Positions 18,265 through 27,262 of a stretch of 64,000 nt of DNA are shown one piece after another. How positions within the stretch are numbered: position 1 is the stretch's first letter; the number at the start of each line of letters is the position of its first letter. Under the pieces are notes generated by a model. That model was not told the origin of the DNA, ran no database searches, and saw only the letters and a list, made by a program, of their open reading frames with translations. Made by a program: the position numbers and the translations under genes. Source of the stretch: a virus; the IMG/VR virus record IMGVR_UViG_3300028608_000008, positions 32,001 through 96,000 of that record; one strand, written 5' to 3'.

Positions 18265-18963
18265 ATGAACGTTCAAAAACTGACTCGTCTGTTCCGCACC
18301 GAACACCTGCCGGTTCAAACCGGCGTCATCATCGAAGAAGAAGGCACCGCGCTGGTTTTCGTTTCTGAAAACGGCCAAACCGTTGTTCGTCCTTCGACCG
18401 GCGCCGCCAACGAAATCTTCGCCGGTTTCAGCCTGCACGGTCGCAACAGCCCACCTTCCTACGTTCCGCACGCTTTCGAATCCACCGTTCCGGAATCGCT
18501 GGTTGTCGAACTGCCTCGCGTTCCGCTGACCGGCCAAGTTCTGGTCAAAGTCGCTGGCGCGAAACTGGAAGTTGTCGCTGGCGCTCCTGCCGACGCAACC
18601 GAAGTTCAACTGTCGGGCAAAGAACTGATTTTCTTCGCCGGTGAAGGCAAGAAATCGCTGTACGTGCAATTCATCTACGAACCTTCGCTGGCCGAAGCGC
18701 GCACCATTCTCGGCGATATGCCGATTGGCGGTCTGCCTGCTCACTACCAAGGTATCATCGGTGTTGCACTGCACGGCCAAATCGGCACCACCATGTACGA
18801 CGCTTCGGTCGATTGGACCGGCGTAATCAACCCGAATCTCGGCGTTGATGGTCGCCTGACTGTTGGCGGTTCCGGTAAGAAACTGGAAAACGTCACCGTT
18901 CTGGCTGCCCCTTCCACTGACGCCGGTTCCTACGGTGCTCTGCAAGTTCGCATTTCCGCCTAA
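18265..18963 (+). CDS. Putative capsid decoration/cement protein
   Basis: 232-aa beta-rich ORF between scaffold and capsid genes; GGAG RBS; strongly biased codons. Confidence 0.55.
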   Translation: MNVQKLTRLFRTEHLPVQTGVIIEEEGTALVFVSENGQTVVRPSTGAANEIFAGFSLHGRNSPPSYVPHAFESTVPESLVVELPRVPLTGQVLVKVAGAKLEVVAGAPADATEVQLSGKELIFFAGEGKKSLYVQFIYEPSLAEARTILGDMPIGGLPAHYQGIIGVALHGQIGTTMYDASVDWTGVINPNLGVDGRLTVGGSGKKLENVTVLAAPSTDAGSYGALQVRISA

Positions 18964-18993
18964 GTCTACTTGGCATTTTCTGGAGAAACAAAT

Positions 18994-20088
18994 ATGCACG
19001 GTCAACTGCGTGGTGCCAAGCTGATGCTGGCGAATGGCAACCCAATCGAAGAACTGCGTTTCGGCAAAAGCCGCGAACTGGCTCTGAGTTCCGGAACTGG
19101 CGAATTCAACGCCTACGACAAAAAAGACCTGCTGAATTCCCTGTCGGGTCTGATGCAGGCAGTGGCTACCGGCCAAATCGTTCACACACAACCGCAAAGC
19201 GATCTGGTTGCTACCGCTTCCGACCGCCGCGAAATGCTGGCCGAAGCTCGCCAATCCCCTGAAAAGTGGAACGCACTGGGCGCCTCCATCGCTCAACAAA
19301 TTTACGATCAAACTGATCGTGAAGGTTTCGTGCGGAAACTGGCTGTCGGCAACACTCTGCGTCAAGGCGAAGTGCAGCGCGTTCCAATGCCTGCTCACGA
19401 CACCAGCGCCGTTGTTGCAACTTCGGCTACCGGTGTTGGCTACCAACAAATTCGCCAGCGCGTATTCACTCCGGAAGAATTCGAGATTATCGCGAACGTT
19501 CGCGTAAACACTCTCGATCTGGAACAAGTGAACGGCGACCTGCTGGAACACGCCTACAATGACGGTCTGCAAAGCATCATGGTTGCAGAAGACCGCATCT
19601 GGAAAACTGCCGCCGACCTGACCGTTGGCGTCATGAACCCGATGGAATACATCGCGGGCGAACTGACCACCAAAAACCTCGGCCGTCTGCGTCAAGCAGT
19701 TGCAAAATGGAACCTGCCAGTTGCACACTGCCTGATCGCGAACGACTTCTGGACCGACATTATCGGTTCGAACGATTTCGCAACCTTCCTCGACCCGATC
19801 ACCAAATACGATCTGGCCCTGAATGGTCAACTCGGTACTCTGGTCGGCATGACCCTGATTACCGACGCCTTCCGTCAACCGAACCAGAAAGTTCTGGAAG
19901 CTGGCGAAATCTACGTCGTGGCTTCGAAAGAAAACCACGCTGCCTACTCGACTCGTGGCGGTGTTCGTTCCGAACCGGCTTCCAATAGCTGGGAAGGTTC
20001 GACCTCTCGCGGCTGGCTGATGAGCGAGCCTTTCTCGTTCGTTCTGGCCAACAGCCGTTCGGTCGCCAAAGGTAAGCGTGTAGCTTAA
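18994..20088 (+). CDS. Major capsid protein (HK97 fold, inferred)
   Basis: 364 aa; GGAGA RBS favours ATG 18994; gene order and capsid-like segments (FEIIANVRV..D, LGTLVGMTLITD); strongly biased codons. Confidence 0.8.
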   Translation: MHGQLRGAKLMLANGNPIEELRFGKSRELALSSGTGEFNAYDKKDLLNSLSGLMQAVATGQIVHTQPQSDLVATASDRREMLAEARQSPEKWNALGASIAQQIYDQTDREGFVRKLAVGNTLRQGEVQRVPMPAHDTSAVVATSATGVGYQQIRQRVFTPEEFEIIANVRVNTLDLEQVNGDLLEHAYNDGLQSIMVAEDRIWKTAADLTVGVMNPMEYIAGELTTKNLGRLRQAVAKWNLPVAHCLIANDFWTDIIGSNDFATFLDPITKYDLALNGQLGTLVGMTLITDAFRQPNQKVLEAGEIYVVASKENHAAYSTRGGVRSEPASNSWEGSTSRGWLMSEPFSFVLANSRSVAKGKRVA

Positions 20089-20105
20089 TTCGGCTCTGAA
20101 AAGAT

Positions 20106-20133
20106 TGCGTAGCGGGAGCGCCCCCGCTGCGCA
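20106..20133 (+). other. 11-bp GC-rich hairpin without U-tract after capsid gene
   Basis: TGCGTAGCGGG-AGCGCC-CCCGCTGCGCA. Confidence 0.6.
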
Positions 20134-20151
20134 GTTAAAAGGAGTGCGAAC

Positions 20152-20586
20152 ATGAGCGACATTCAAACCATGTTGGCAATTGCGGCATTTCATCATCGTA
20201 ACGGACAATTGGAACTCGCCAATAACGTGATTGCGCAAGCGACCACGCTGGAAGGTTTCGAAAGTTACGTTTCCGAACTTGTGCGCCGCCCAATGGGCAG
20301 CCAACTTGTCGGCGGTGCTCCGAAAGGTGAAAACACAATCGCCCCTTCGCTTCACGGCGCTGGGCCGAATGTCTCTTTGGAAAAAGCTGTTGCCATCGCT
20401 GCGAGCGTTTACGCGCACAATACGCGAATGGATGACGGTGATTTCCTTGAGTTCAATCCGTCTGCCGAGGCATTGGCCTATGCCGACGATTCGGGATCAC
20501 ATGACGATGATGAATTGGTTTCCGTCGCTAGCAATAGCGCCCCGGAAGCTACGGCCAAATCTGGTCGCGTCACAATCCAACTGTAA
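20152..20586 (+). CDS. Hypothetical virion protein
   Basis: 144 aa, AAGGAG RBS. Confidence 0.65.
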   Translation: MSDIQTMLAIAAFHHRNGQLELANNVIAQATTLEGFESYVSELVRRPMGSQLVGGAPKGENTIAPSLHGAGPNVSLEKAVAIAASVYAHNTRMDDGDFLEFNPSAEALAYADDSGSHDDDELVSVASNSAPEATAKSGRVTIQL

Positions 20587-20592
20587 CACGAA

Positions 20593-20636
20593 AAAAGGCC
20601 GTCGCGGGGTTTACTCGTTGCGGCCTTTTGTCGTTT
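20593..20636 (+). terminator. Rho-independent terminator
   Basis: AAAAGGCCG...CGGCCTTTT stem followed by TGTCGTTT. Confidence 0.7.
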
Positions 20637-20652
20637 CTGGACGGATCACAAC

Positions 20653-21399
20653 ATGCCAAATTTTGATAAGTTTGATCTGCTCGGGAAAAAGATCGACAAG
20701 AACACGCCGTTCTTTACCGGGCTGCTCGGAGCACACGCGGCTATCAAACGGTTTTTCGGTTTCCAAAAGATTCCGCTTCCAATCATTCAATCCAACAACG
20801 TGAAAGCTGTTTTGCGCCAGCAAGTTTCTGTTGACGACAATAGTGGCGATCATTACCCCTACGCATACATTTCGATAAACAACTTCGAAATGATTGTGGA
20901 CGAACAAGCTCCACGTACTGCACGCCGACACGGCCAAGGTTATGCGGACAACGGGACCAATTCTACCGTCGTGAAGTTCTACGGATTCCCGATGGTTGTT
21001 TCGCTGGAATTGCACTTCGTCACCAACGACATTTTCGACGCCGTGAAATTCGGTTTGAAAAGTCTGACGCTGCTCAATACCGGCACACTCAACTTCGATG
21101 TTGAGGATGATAACTTTGCGTGGAAGGTTGTCGTGAAAGGCGACTCGCCGTCGATTGCATTCCCGCGCACTGACAAAGACAACGAAGCTGATCCAGAAGC
21201 ATTCGATATGGTTTGTTCCATTTCCGTGCGGCTGTGGTCGGGCGTGATGAAAGAAGTTCCAAAGATCAACAACGAAGGCCGCGTGGATCGACGTGTCGGA
21301 CTTGCAACGGGTCCAAACGCAATGCAAGAAATCAACAGCGGCAAAATCCAAATCGGCGGCAACGTCATTTTCGATGACGAAGGATTAGAAGATGCGTAG
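20653..21399 (+). CDS. Hypothetical structural protein (possibly neck/tail completion)
   Basis: 248 aa; function suggested only by position between head and tail modules. Confidence 0.45.
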   Translation: MPNFDKFDLLGKKIDKNTPFFTGLLGAHAAIKRFFGFQKIPLPIIQSNNVKAVLRQQVSVDDNSGDHYPYAYISINNFEMIVDEQAPRTARRHGQGYADNGTNSTVVKFYGFPMVVSLELHFVTNDIFDAVKFGLKSLTLLNTGTLNFDVEDDNFAWKVVVKGDSPSIAFPRTDKDNEADPEAFDMVCSISVRLWSGVMKEVPKINNEGRVDRRVGLATGPNAMQEINSGKIQIGGNVIFDDEGLEDA

Positions 21400-22810
21400 A
21401 AGCGATCAATACAAGCCGACCGCAAAAACGATTGTCACGCAAGTTCGCCAAACCACGGTGGACGCCGTTCGCCGCCGCAGCACTGGCATGCAGGATGTTG
21501 CAACCGAAGTTTTGGATGCAGCTTTGACACAAACCGATATCGTAATCGGACCTGACAAACCGTACACGCTGCGCGACGTTCGCCAATACCTTTCCATTTT
21601 CACGCCGTCTCCTATCGGCCTTGAACTGGTGGCGTTTGGTGAAATTCCACCAGTGCCCGAACGTGTAGAACCGAGCCAGTTCACCACTGCAAAAATGGAA
21701 ATCGAACCGGTACTCGCGGGCCAGTTTATCAACGTCGCGGTTTTCGATCCCGATCTTTTCGGCGCGTCCGTGCAAGTGGAATGCTTCAACGTCAATAGCG
21801 GCGAGACAGAATACATCACGCTGCATTGCGTTCGCAAAAACGAATATCGCGGTTTCATCCAGTCCCTGAATAGCGCGACTGCCGGTGTAAACTTCGACGG
21901 CACCATGTACTGCAAACACAACGACATTCTGCGTTTCACGTTTACCGATCCGCACAATGAATCCGGCCTGTCGCAAGACCTGACCCAAGACGTGGCAGTT
22001 GTCAGCCCGGTGAAAGCCACCGAAATGATGATTCAGCGTTACGTCATTTCTGGTGAGCGTTTGCGCGTTGCCATTTACGACGGCAGCGATGCACCGTTTC
22101 AAAGTTTCACCGTTTTAAACAACGCGTCCGGAACCGCAATGGACGGCGCGCTTGAGCCAGACGTAAATGATCCAACCATTCTTGTCGGTAGTATCTTGCT
22201 GGGCACGATGGACACTGGCGATGAATTGGGAGTTTCGAGCAACGATTCCCTGACAATCACTTATGCAAACGGCCATGACGCAACCGGCCTTTTCCAAACA
22301 GTGACCAGCACAGCAACGGTGAAAGACCCCGGAACTGTGTTGGGCGAAATCAAAGTGGCGGCGACTACCAAAATCTACGGCAATCTGGAAATCGAAGTTT
22401 CTGACTTTGACCTTTTCACGACCGAAGTTGAAGTGTATGTCACCAACACTCGTACAAACATTTCCAAACCAGTTCTGCTTGCGGAAGTCTGGCCGGGAAT
22501 GAGCGTCTTCCGGAGTGCTGTAGAACTGGGGCCTGAATTCGGGTTGCCCGGTGACACTCTGGAAATAACGTATTCGGATTATGACGAAAGCGGGACCGAA
22601 GTGCTGACTGCACAAACCGTTATCGCCAGCCACGTCGAACACGTTGACCCTGTTCCAGAAGAAACTCCCGAACCTGTTGATACCGGAATTTCGAAACCGG
22701 TGCAATTGGTGGTTAACGGGCTGTTTATCCTGAATGGTTCGTTTGCTGGTTCGTTGAAGCTTTATTCACTCGACGAAAATGACGTGCGCTGCACTCTCAT
22801 TAAGGCGTAA
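21392..22810 (+). CDS. Hypothetical structural protein (beta-rich)
   Basis: 472-aa ORF overlapping the upstream stop; in the structural module. Confidence 0.55.
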   Translation: MRRSDQYKPTAKTIVTQVRQTTVDAVRRRSTGMQDVATEVLDAALTQTDIVIGPDKPYTLRDVRQYLSIFTPSPIGLELVAFGEIPPVPERVEPSQFTTAKMEIEPVLAGQFINVAVFDPDLFGASVQVECFNVNSGETEYITLHCVRKNEYRGFIQSLNSATAGVNFDGTMYCKHNDILRFTFTDPHNESGLSQDLTQDVAVVSPVKATEMMIQRYVISGERLRVAIYDGSDAPFQSFTVLNNASGTAMDGALEPDVNDPTILVGSILLGTMDTGDELGVSSNDSLTITYANGHDATGLFQTVTSTATVKDPGTVLGEIKVAATTKIYGNLEIEVSDFDLFTTEVEVYVTNTRTNISKPVLLAEVWPGMSVFRSAVELGPEFGLPGDTLEITYSDYDESGTEVLTAQTVIASHVEHVDPVPEETPEPVDTGISKPVQLVVNGLFILNGSFAGSLKLYSLDENDVRCTLIKA

Positions 22811-22866
22811 CGGATAATTTAAAAGTAATCCCAATCGTCTTTCGGGATTTTTATTGGAGAAACAAC

Positions 22867-24465
22867 ATGCCATTGTACAACGGTAGCAGCACAAGCGCCG
22901 GTGTTTACGGGGGTGAACAAGACAATTCGCAAACCGCACGGCAAACAGCGCCCAGCATTGGCGCGATTGTTGGTCCGTCCAAACGCGGTGTAGTCGGCGT
23001 TCCAACGCTGACCGTTGACGTAAACGATTTTCGTGCGAAATTCGGTCGTCGCGATGCGTCTCTCACGTTCGCTCACTTCTGCGCTGAGCAATTCCTGAAA
23101 TACTCGAACCAGCTTTACTTCACTCGCGTTGCGGTGAATGCTGAATACGGTTCGATCAGTGTTCGTCTGGTTGATGGCTATGCGCAAATCAAAGCCGCCG
23201 ATCAGGGTTATGCTGACCCGACTCAACGCACTCAAGTTCCCGAGGAAGTTCTTTTCCTCTACGCCGCCGACCCCGGCGAGTGGAACAACAAAATCCGTGT
23301 CGTCATGTATCCAGACGTGAACGATATGGAAAACGAAATGTTTGTTCTGGAAGTTTACGAAAACTCGCTGACTGTTGCCGATGAAGTTTATCGTGCCACA
23401 CTGCGCGACAAGGTGGATGGTTACGGTCGCCAATTGAACATTGTTGACCAACTCGTTGCCAAGAAATCGCGCCTGCGTGCAATCGTAAACGAAGACGCTC
23501 CGAAGTTTGTAGAAACCGAAGGCGCCTTCCAAGCGATCAACGCCGTAATCAGCGGCGATCTGGCATTCGGTAACGACGGCGATCCGGTAACGGTTTCCGA
23601 CATTATCGAAGGTTGGGACACTTTCGAAGAAGTTGAAGAAGTCGAAGTGACTTTGCTGATTAACGCGGGTTACACCGATATCAGCATTCAGCAACGCATG
23701 CTGGAAATCGCAATCGCTCGCCGGGATTGTTTTGCAATTCTCGACGTGCCTTCCGATCAGCAAACGTCGCAAGCCGCTTCCAACTTCCGTCGCAACGTGC
23801 TGAATGCAAATACTTCGTTTGGTGGTTTGTACACGCCGGACGTTGTAGTCATGACCGATGACGGCCAGTCCGTCAACTGCCCGCCTTCTGGCGTGGTGGC
23901 TGGTGTGTTTGCTTACAGCGATTCGCAAACTGCCGAATGGTTTGCGCCAGCGGGCGTTACTCGCGGTGCGTTGGATTCCGAAGTGAGCGAAGTTACCCAG
24001 CGTTACAAACTGGGCGACCGAAACATGATGGACCAAAACCAAGTCAACTTCGTTCACGTATTGGCCGGTTACGGTTTCTGCGTGTGGGGCGCACAAACGC
24101 TTCAAGCTTTCAGTTCCGCACTTTCCGACGTTCCGGTTCGCCGTCTTATCAACTTGGTTGAGAAACGCGCGAAATACGAAACGATGGTCGGGCTGTTTGA
24201 GCCAAACGATCCGTTCCTCTGGCAAACCCTCAAGCAAATCGTGGAAGACATTCTCGGTCCGATCAAAGCGGGTCGCGGTCTGTATGCCTACAAAGTGAAA
24301 TGCGACGAGGAAACCAACCCGCCAGAACAAATTGCTAACGGTGACGTGGCGCTGGTGTACTACATCCAGCCAACTCGTTACGGTAAACGAATTCTGTTTA
24401 CCACTTCCGTTGCGAAGACCGGGCAAATTTCCACCGCCGTTGAAGTTGTAGCGGCCACTGCTTAA
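22867..24465 (+). CDS. Tail sheath protein, paralogue 2
   Basis: GAIVGPSKRG..P, WFAPAGVTRG, WGAQTL, VRRL, FEPND, CDEETN sheath motifs; followed by tube gene. Confidence 0.93.
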   Translation: MPLYNGSSTSAGVYGGEQDNSQTARQTAPSIGAIVGPSKRGVVGVPTLTVDVNDFRAKFGRRDASLTFAHFCAEQFLKYSNQLYFTRVAVNAEYGSISVRLVDGYAQIKAADQGYADPTQRTQVPEEVLFLYAADPGEWNNKIRVVMYPDVNDMENEMFVLEVYENSLTVADEVYRATLRDKVDGYGRQLNIVDQLVAKKSRLRAIVNEDAPKFVETEGAFQAINAVISGDLAFGNDGDPVTVSDIIEGWDTFEEVEEVEVTLLINAGYTDISIQQRMLEIAIARRDCFAILDVPSDQQTSQAASNFRRNVLNANTSFGGLYTPDVVVMTDDGQSVNCPPSGVVAGVFAYSDSQTAEWFAPAGVTRGALDSEVSEVTQRYKLGDRNMMDQNQVNFVHVLAGYGFCVWGAQTLQAFSSALSDVPVRRLINLVEKRAKYETMVGLFEPNDPFLWQTLKQIVEDILGPIKAGRGLYAYKVKCDEETNPPEQIANGDVALVYYIQPTRYGKRILFTTSVAKTGQISTAVEVVAATA

Positions 24466-24477
24466 AAGGTAGACATT

Positions 24478-24987
24478 ATGTCGAAGGTAACGCTGACAGA
24501 AGTTCTCGGCATCAACGATCCGATGTTGAACGACAACTTCGAACTCACTTTCACCAAAGTTCCGGGCGGCGGCGCTGACGGTCGCCAGATGCGCCTGCAA
24601 TGCCGTTCGGGTGTGAAGCCGGGCATGTCGATTCAAGAAGTTGAAATCGAACTGTTTGGTCACAAAGTAAAACACGCTGCTCGCAAAGTTTTCTCGGGCA
24701 GTATGTCGGTTGGTTTCGTGGAATCTTACGAAGGCCGAATCACTCAAGGTCTGGAAGCTTGGGCCGAAATGATTCGCGGCACCGACACCCAGTCGGGTTC
24801 CTTCAAACGGGATTACGCGACTACCGCCGTTCTCAACATTTTCGACCAGACCGGTGCGGTTTCGTTGACCTACAACATCTACAACGTGTGGCCGACGCAA
24901 GTTCCGGATTACTCGTTCGATGGTGCAGGCGGCAGCGTGATTCAGGTGGACGTAGAATTCGCTTACGACTACTACGAGCGCGCCTAA
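24478..24987 (+). CDS. Tail tube protein
   Basis: Directly after sheath; T4 gp19-like motifs (YNIYNVWPTQV, VEFAYDYYE); 169 aa. Confidence 0.88.
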   Translation: MSKVTLTEVLGINDPMLNDNFELTFTKVPGGGADGRQMRLQCRSGVKPGMSIQEVEIELFGHKVKHAARKVFSGSMSVGFVESYEGRITQGLEAWAEMIRGTDTQSGSFKRDYATTAVLNIFDQTGAVSLTYNIYNVWPTQVPDYSFDGAGGSVIQVDVEFAYDYYERA

Positions 24988-24994
24988 ATCGGCG

Positions 24995-25028
24995 AAAAGC
25001 CCATTGCCTACGGGCCGTGGGCTTTTTT
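24995..25028 (+). terminator. Rho-independent terminator (cUACGg loop)
   Basis: AAAAGCCCA..GCC-TACG-GGC..TGGGC-T6. Confidence 0.85.
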
Positions 25029-25045
25029 AGTTTCCGAGGTTTGAA

Positions 25046-25552
25046 ATGGCAATCTTGACTCTCAAGGATTTTGCAGAACGCACGTCGTCTGAAAGCGGCA
25101 GTCCGCTGCTCGCATTCAAATGGCATTGCGTGTCCTTGCCGTTCGACCACGATACAACTTACGTCGAAACTGTTTCGTTGCCGTTCCCTTCGCTAAACGT
25201 GAAACCCGTTTTCGAAGGTGGCCGCTATACCAACTATCCGGGCTTCCTCGAAGTCTCCGCGTTTGACATTACGTTTTACGAGGATTCGAAAGCCAGTTCC
25301 AAACGTTGGCTGAAACAGTGGCAAGAAAAGATTCGGCATCCGGTCGAAGGTTTTTACTATCTGCCGGGCAACTACAAGCGGGATTTGATTTTTGAGTTGT
25401 TGAATACTCAAGGTCAGCCTGTGATGCGTGTCAAAATGAAGAATTGCTGGCCTACCACGTCGGGCAACTGGGAACTTGGTTCCGCAAACGAACGACTCAC
25501 TATTCAGCAAAACTTCTCAACTGATGGAATGGAGTATCTCGATGATCTTTGA
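25046..25552 (+). CDS. Tail tube-like / tube-initiator protein
   Basis: Tube-fold motifs (FDITFYED, MKNCWPTT, QQNFSTD). Confidence 0.7.
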   Translation: MAILTLKDFAERTSSESGSPLLAFKWHCVSLPFDHDTTYVETVSLPFPSLNVKPVFEGGRYTNYPGFLEVSAFDITFYEDSKASSKRWLKQWQEKIRHPVEGFYYLPGNYKRDLIFELLNTQGQPVMRVKMKNCWPTTSGNWELGSANERLTIQQNFSTDGMEYLDDL

Positions 25553-26321
25553 TAGCAATACACTTCCTTCGCGCACCGTGCCATATCAGGTGAAACAGGT
25601 TCATGTGAATCCGTTCCGCCCAAAACAATTGGCACTTCTCAGCAAGGCAATCTTTCTGGAAAGCATGGCGCCTGCGATTGACGCAATGCAGGAAGTGTGT
25701 GACTTCGACGTAAACCTGATGACACCGGGCGACTATTATTTCCTGCTGGGCTGGCAGCGTTTCAATTCGTTGAAACGCCCAGTGGTCGCACCGTGGGAAT
25801 GTGAGGGAACGAAATTCATTCGCCAAGGAACCGGCGAGATTTACAAAGCGCAACGCATTGTCTACATGACCGAAATGTGGAACGCTGCGGAAGGTACACC
25901 AGCACAAGAACAATTGGAAAACCCGGCTGACCTGTTGCTCGACCTGCAATATTGCGGCGCCAACAACATTGAACAGTTGCAGTTTTCCGATTTCACAACC
26001 GTTTTCCTGCCAGAAGTTACGCTCGACCCGCGCCTCGATTTTCCACGCGTGCGCAACATGGTCGAGTATGACGAACTGGTAAACGATCCGCTCTATCACC
26101 GCATTGTCGGCCCGGCCCGTTGGGTTGCGGAAGGCAAAACGCTGAAAGACAAAATCGAAATCCTGTTTGCACAAGAAGATATGTCGCTGATGGAAGCGGC
26201 AGCGGAAGCGAACGCGTCGATTGCCCATGGTATCGGTCGTCAAGTTTCGCGTGACTGCGCCGTTTGCGGAAGCAAACATTACTTCACCACTTCCATTGAA
26301 CCTGCGTCCTTCTTCGTATGA
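25542..26321 (+). CDS. Baseplate hub assembly protein, T4 gp26-like (paralogue 1)
   Basis: GGAG RBS favours ATG 25542; VNPFRPKQLALLSKA and C-terminal CAVCG ribbon. Confidence 0.55.
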   Translation: MIFDSNTLPSRTVPYQVKQVHVNPFRPKQLALLSKAIFLESMAPAIDAMQEVCDFDVNLMTPGDYYFLLGWQRFNSLKRPVVAPWECEGTKFIRQGTGEIYKAQRIVYMTEMWNAAEGTPAQEQLENPADLLLDLQYCGANNIEQLQFSDFTTVFLPEVTLDPRLDFPRVRNMVEYDELVNDPLYHRIVGPARWVAEGKTLKDKIEILFAQEDMSLMEAAAEANASIAHGIGRQVSRDCAVCGSKHYFTTSIEPASFFV

Positions 26322-27259
26322 ACGACCAATATTATCTGGATAGTCGGTTTCAGGACATAGGGGGCCTTCCAACGGAATACGCCCCTTATGATTTCGACCA
26401 CATGATGGTGCGGCATTTCACGGTTGCTGAATTGCAATTGCTGCACCATGCTATGCACAGCAACGACCGTCCGTATTTCCACATTATCCGCGCCGTGCAA
26501 TTGGCGACCAGTGTGGACGTTTCCGTTTTGACCGACGGAGATTTTGAATATCTGATGGCGTGGCTGCGCAAGCACTCATTCCCGAAAGTGCCATTGCAAG
26601 TTTCGTGGCGCTGTCAGCAAAACGTTTGGGCGCACAAAGAAGACAACCATCTTGGCGATCCGAAGATGACCGCGAAAGAAGCGGAACTCAAAGGATACAA
26701 ACGTGAATTGTGCAACCACAGCAACGTAGAAATCATTACCAACGTGCTGCCTTTGGTTCACACGTTGGAAGCCGCGCAGCAATCCATTCCGCATGACGAT
26801 CTTGATTTCCCGCGAGTGGCAACGCTTTCGGATTTCAACGATTACGTTGAGGAAAACAAATGGATGCTCCACATGGCCGAATGTGCCCGGTGGATCAAAG
26901 CAGGCAAAACCTTCAAGGCGAAGCTCACGACCTTGTTGAACCAGCCGGACAACGAACTGTACGAACGCATTTTCGAAATCCGCAACAAGTATCACCACGG
27001 CATTTCGGAACGCATGCGCCTCAACTGCAAAATGTGTGACCACACGTTCATGCACGAAAGCAGTCCGCGCCTGTTGCAGTTCTTTGCCGATAACAGCGAG
27101 ACTGACATTTTCAATATCAGTTACAACCTGCTCTCGACTTTCGGGATGCAGCCGGATATGAACATGCCAGCCAAAATTTTCCTCTATCACCACTCGACCA
27201 TGGCGAAAGCGATGAAAGAAAAAGAGTTGCGTGAAAAAGGGGTCAAGGCACTGGGGTAA
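26318..27259 (+). CDS. Baseplate hub assembly protein, T4 gp26-like (paralogue 2)
   Basis: LP.EYAPY..MVRHFTVAELQLL, LDFPRV shared with previous gene, CKMCDH ribbon. Confidence 0.55.
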   Translation: MNDQYYLDSRFQDIGGLPTEYAPYDFDHMMVRHFTVAELQLLHHAMHSNDRPYFHIIRAVQLATSVDVSVLTDGDFEYLMAWLRKHSFPKVPLQVSWRCQQNVWAHKEDNHLGDPKMTAKEAELKGYKRELCNHSNVEIITNVLPLVHTLEAAQQSIPHDDLDFPRVATLSDFNDYVEENKWMLHMAECARWIKAGKTFKAKLTTLLNQPDNELYERIFEIRNKYHHGISERMRLNCKMCDHTFMHESSPRLLQFFADNSETDIFNISYNLLSTFGMQPDMNMPAKIFLYHHSTMAKAMKEKELREKGVKALG

Positions 27260-27262
27260 GCA

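Noticed and set aside
22827-22852. AATCCC...GGGATT-TTT as a terminator before the sheath gene
   Set aside because: Only a 6-bp stem with a long loop; too weak to call
1283-24900. Very long minus-strand ORFs (e.g. 1283..3667, 16375..18207, 18244..20418, 22819..24900)
   Set aside because: They lie opposite strongly codon-biased plus-strand genes (codon register checked for 1283..3667). Scarcity of TTA/CTA/TCA in the sense frame removes antisense stops, and the translations have no RBS or recognisable motifs.
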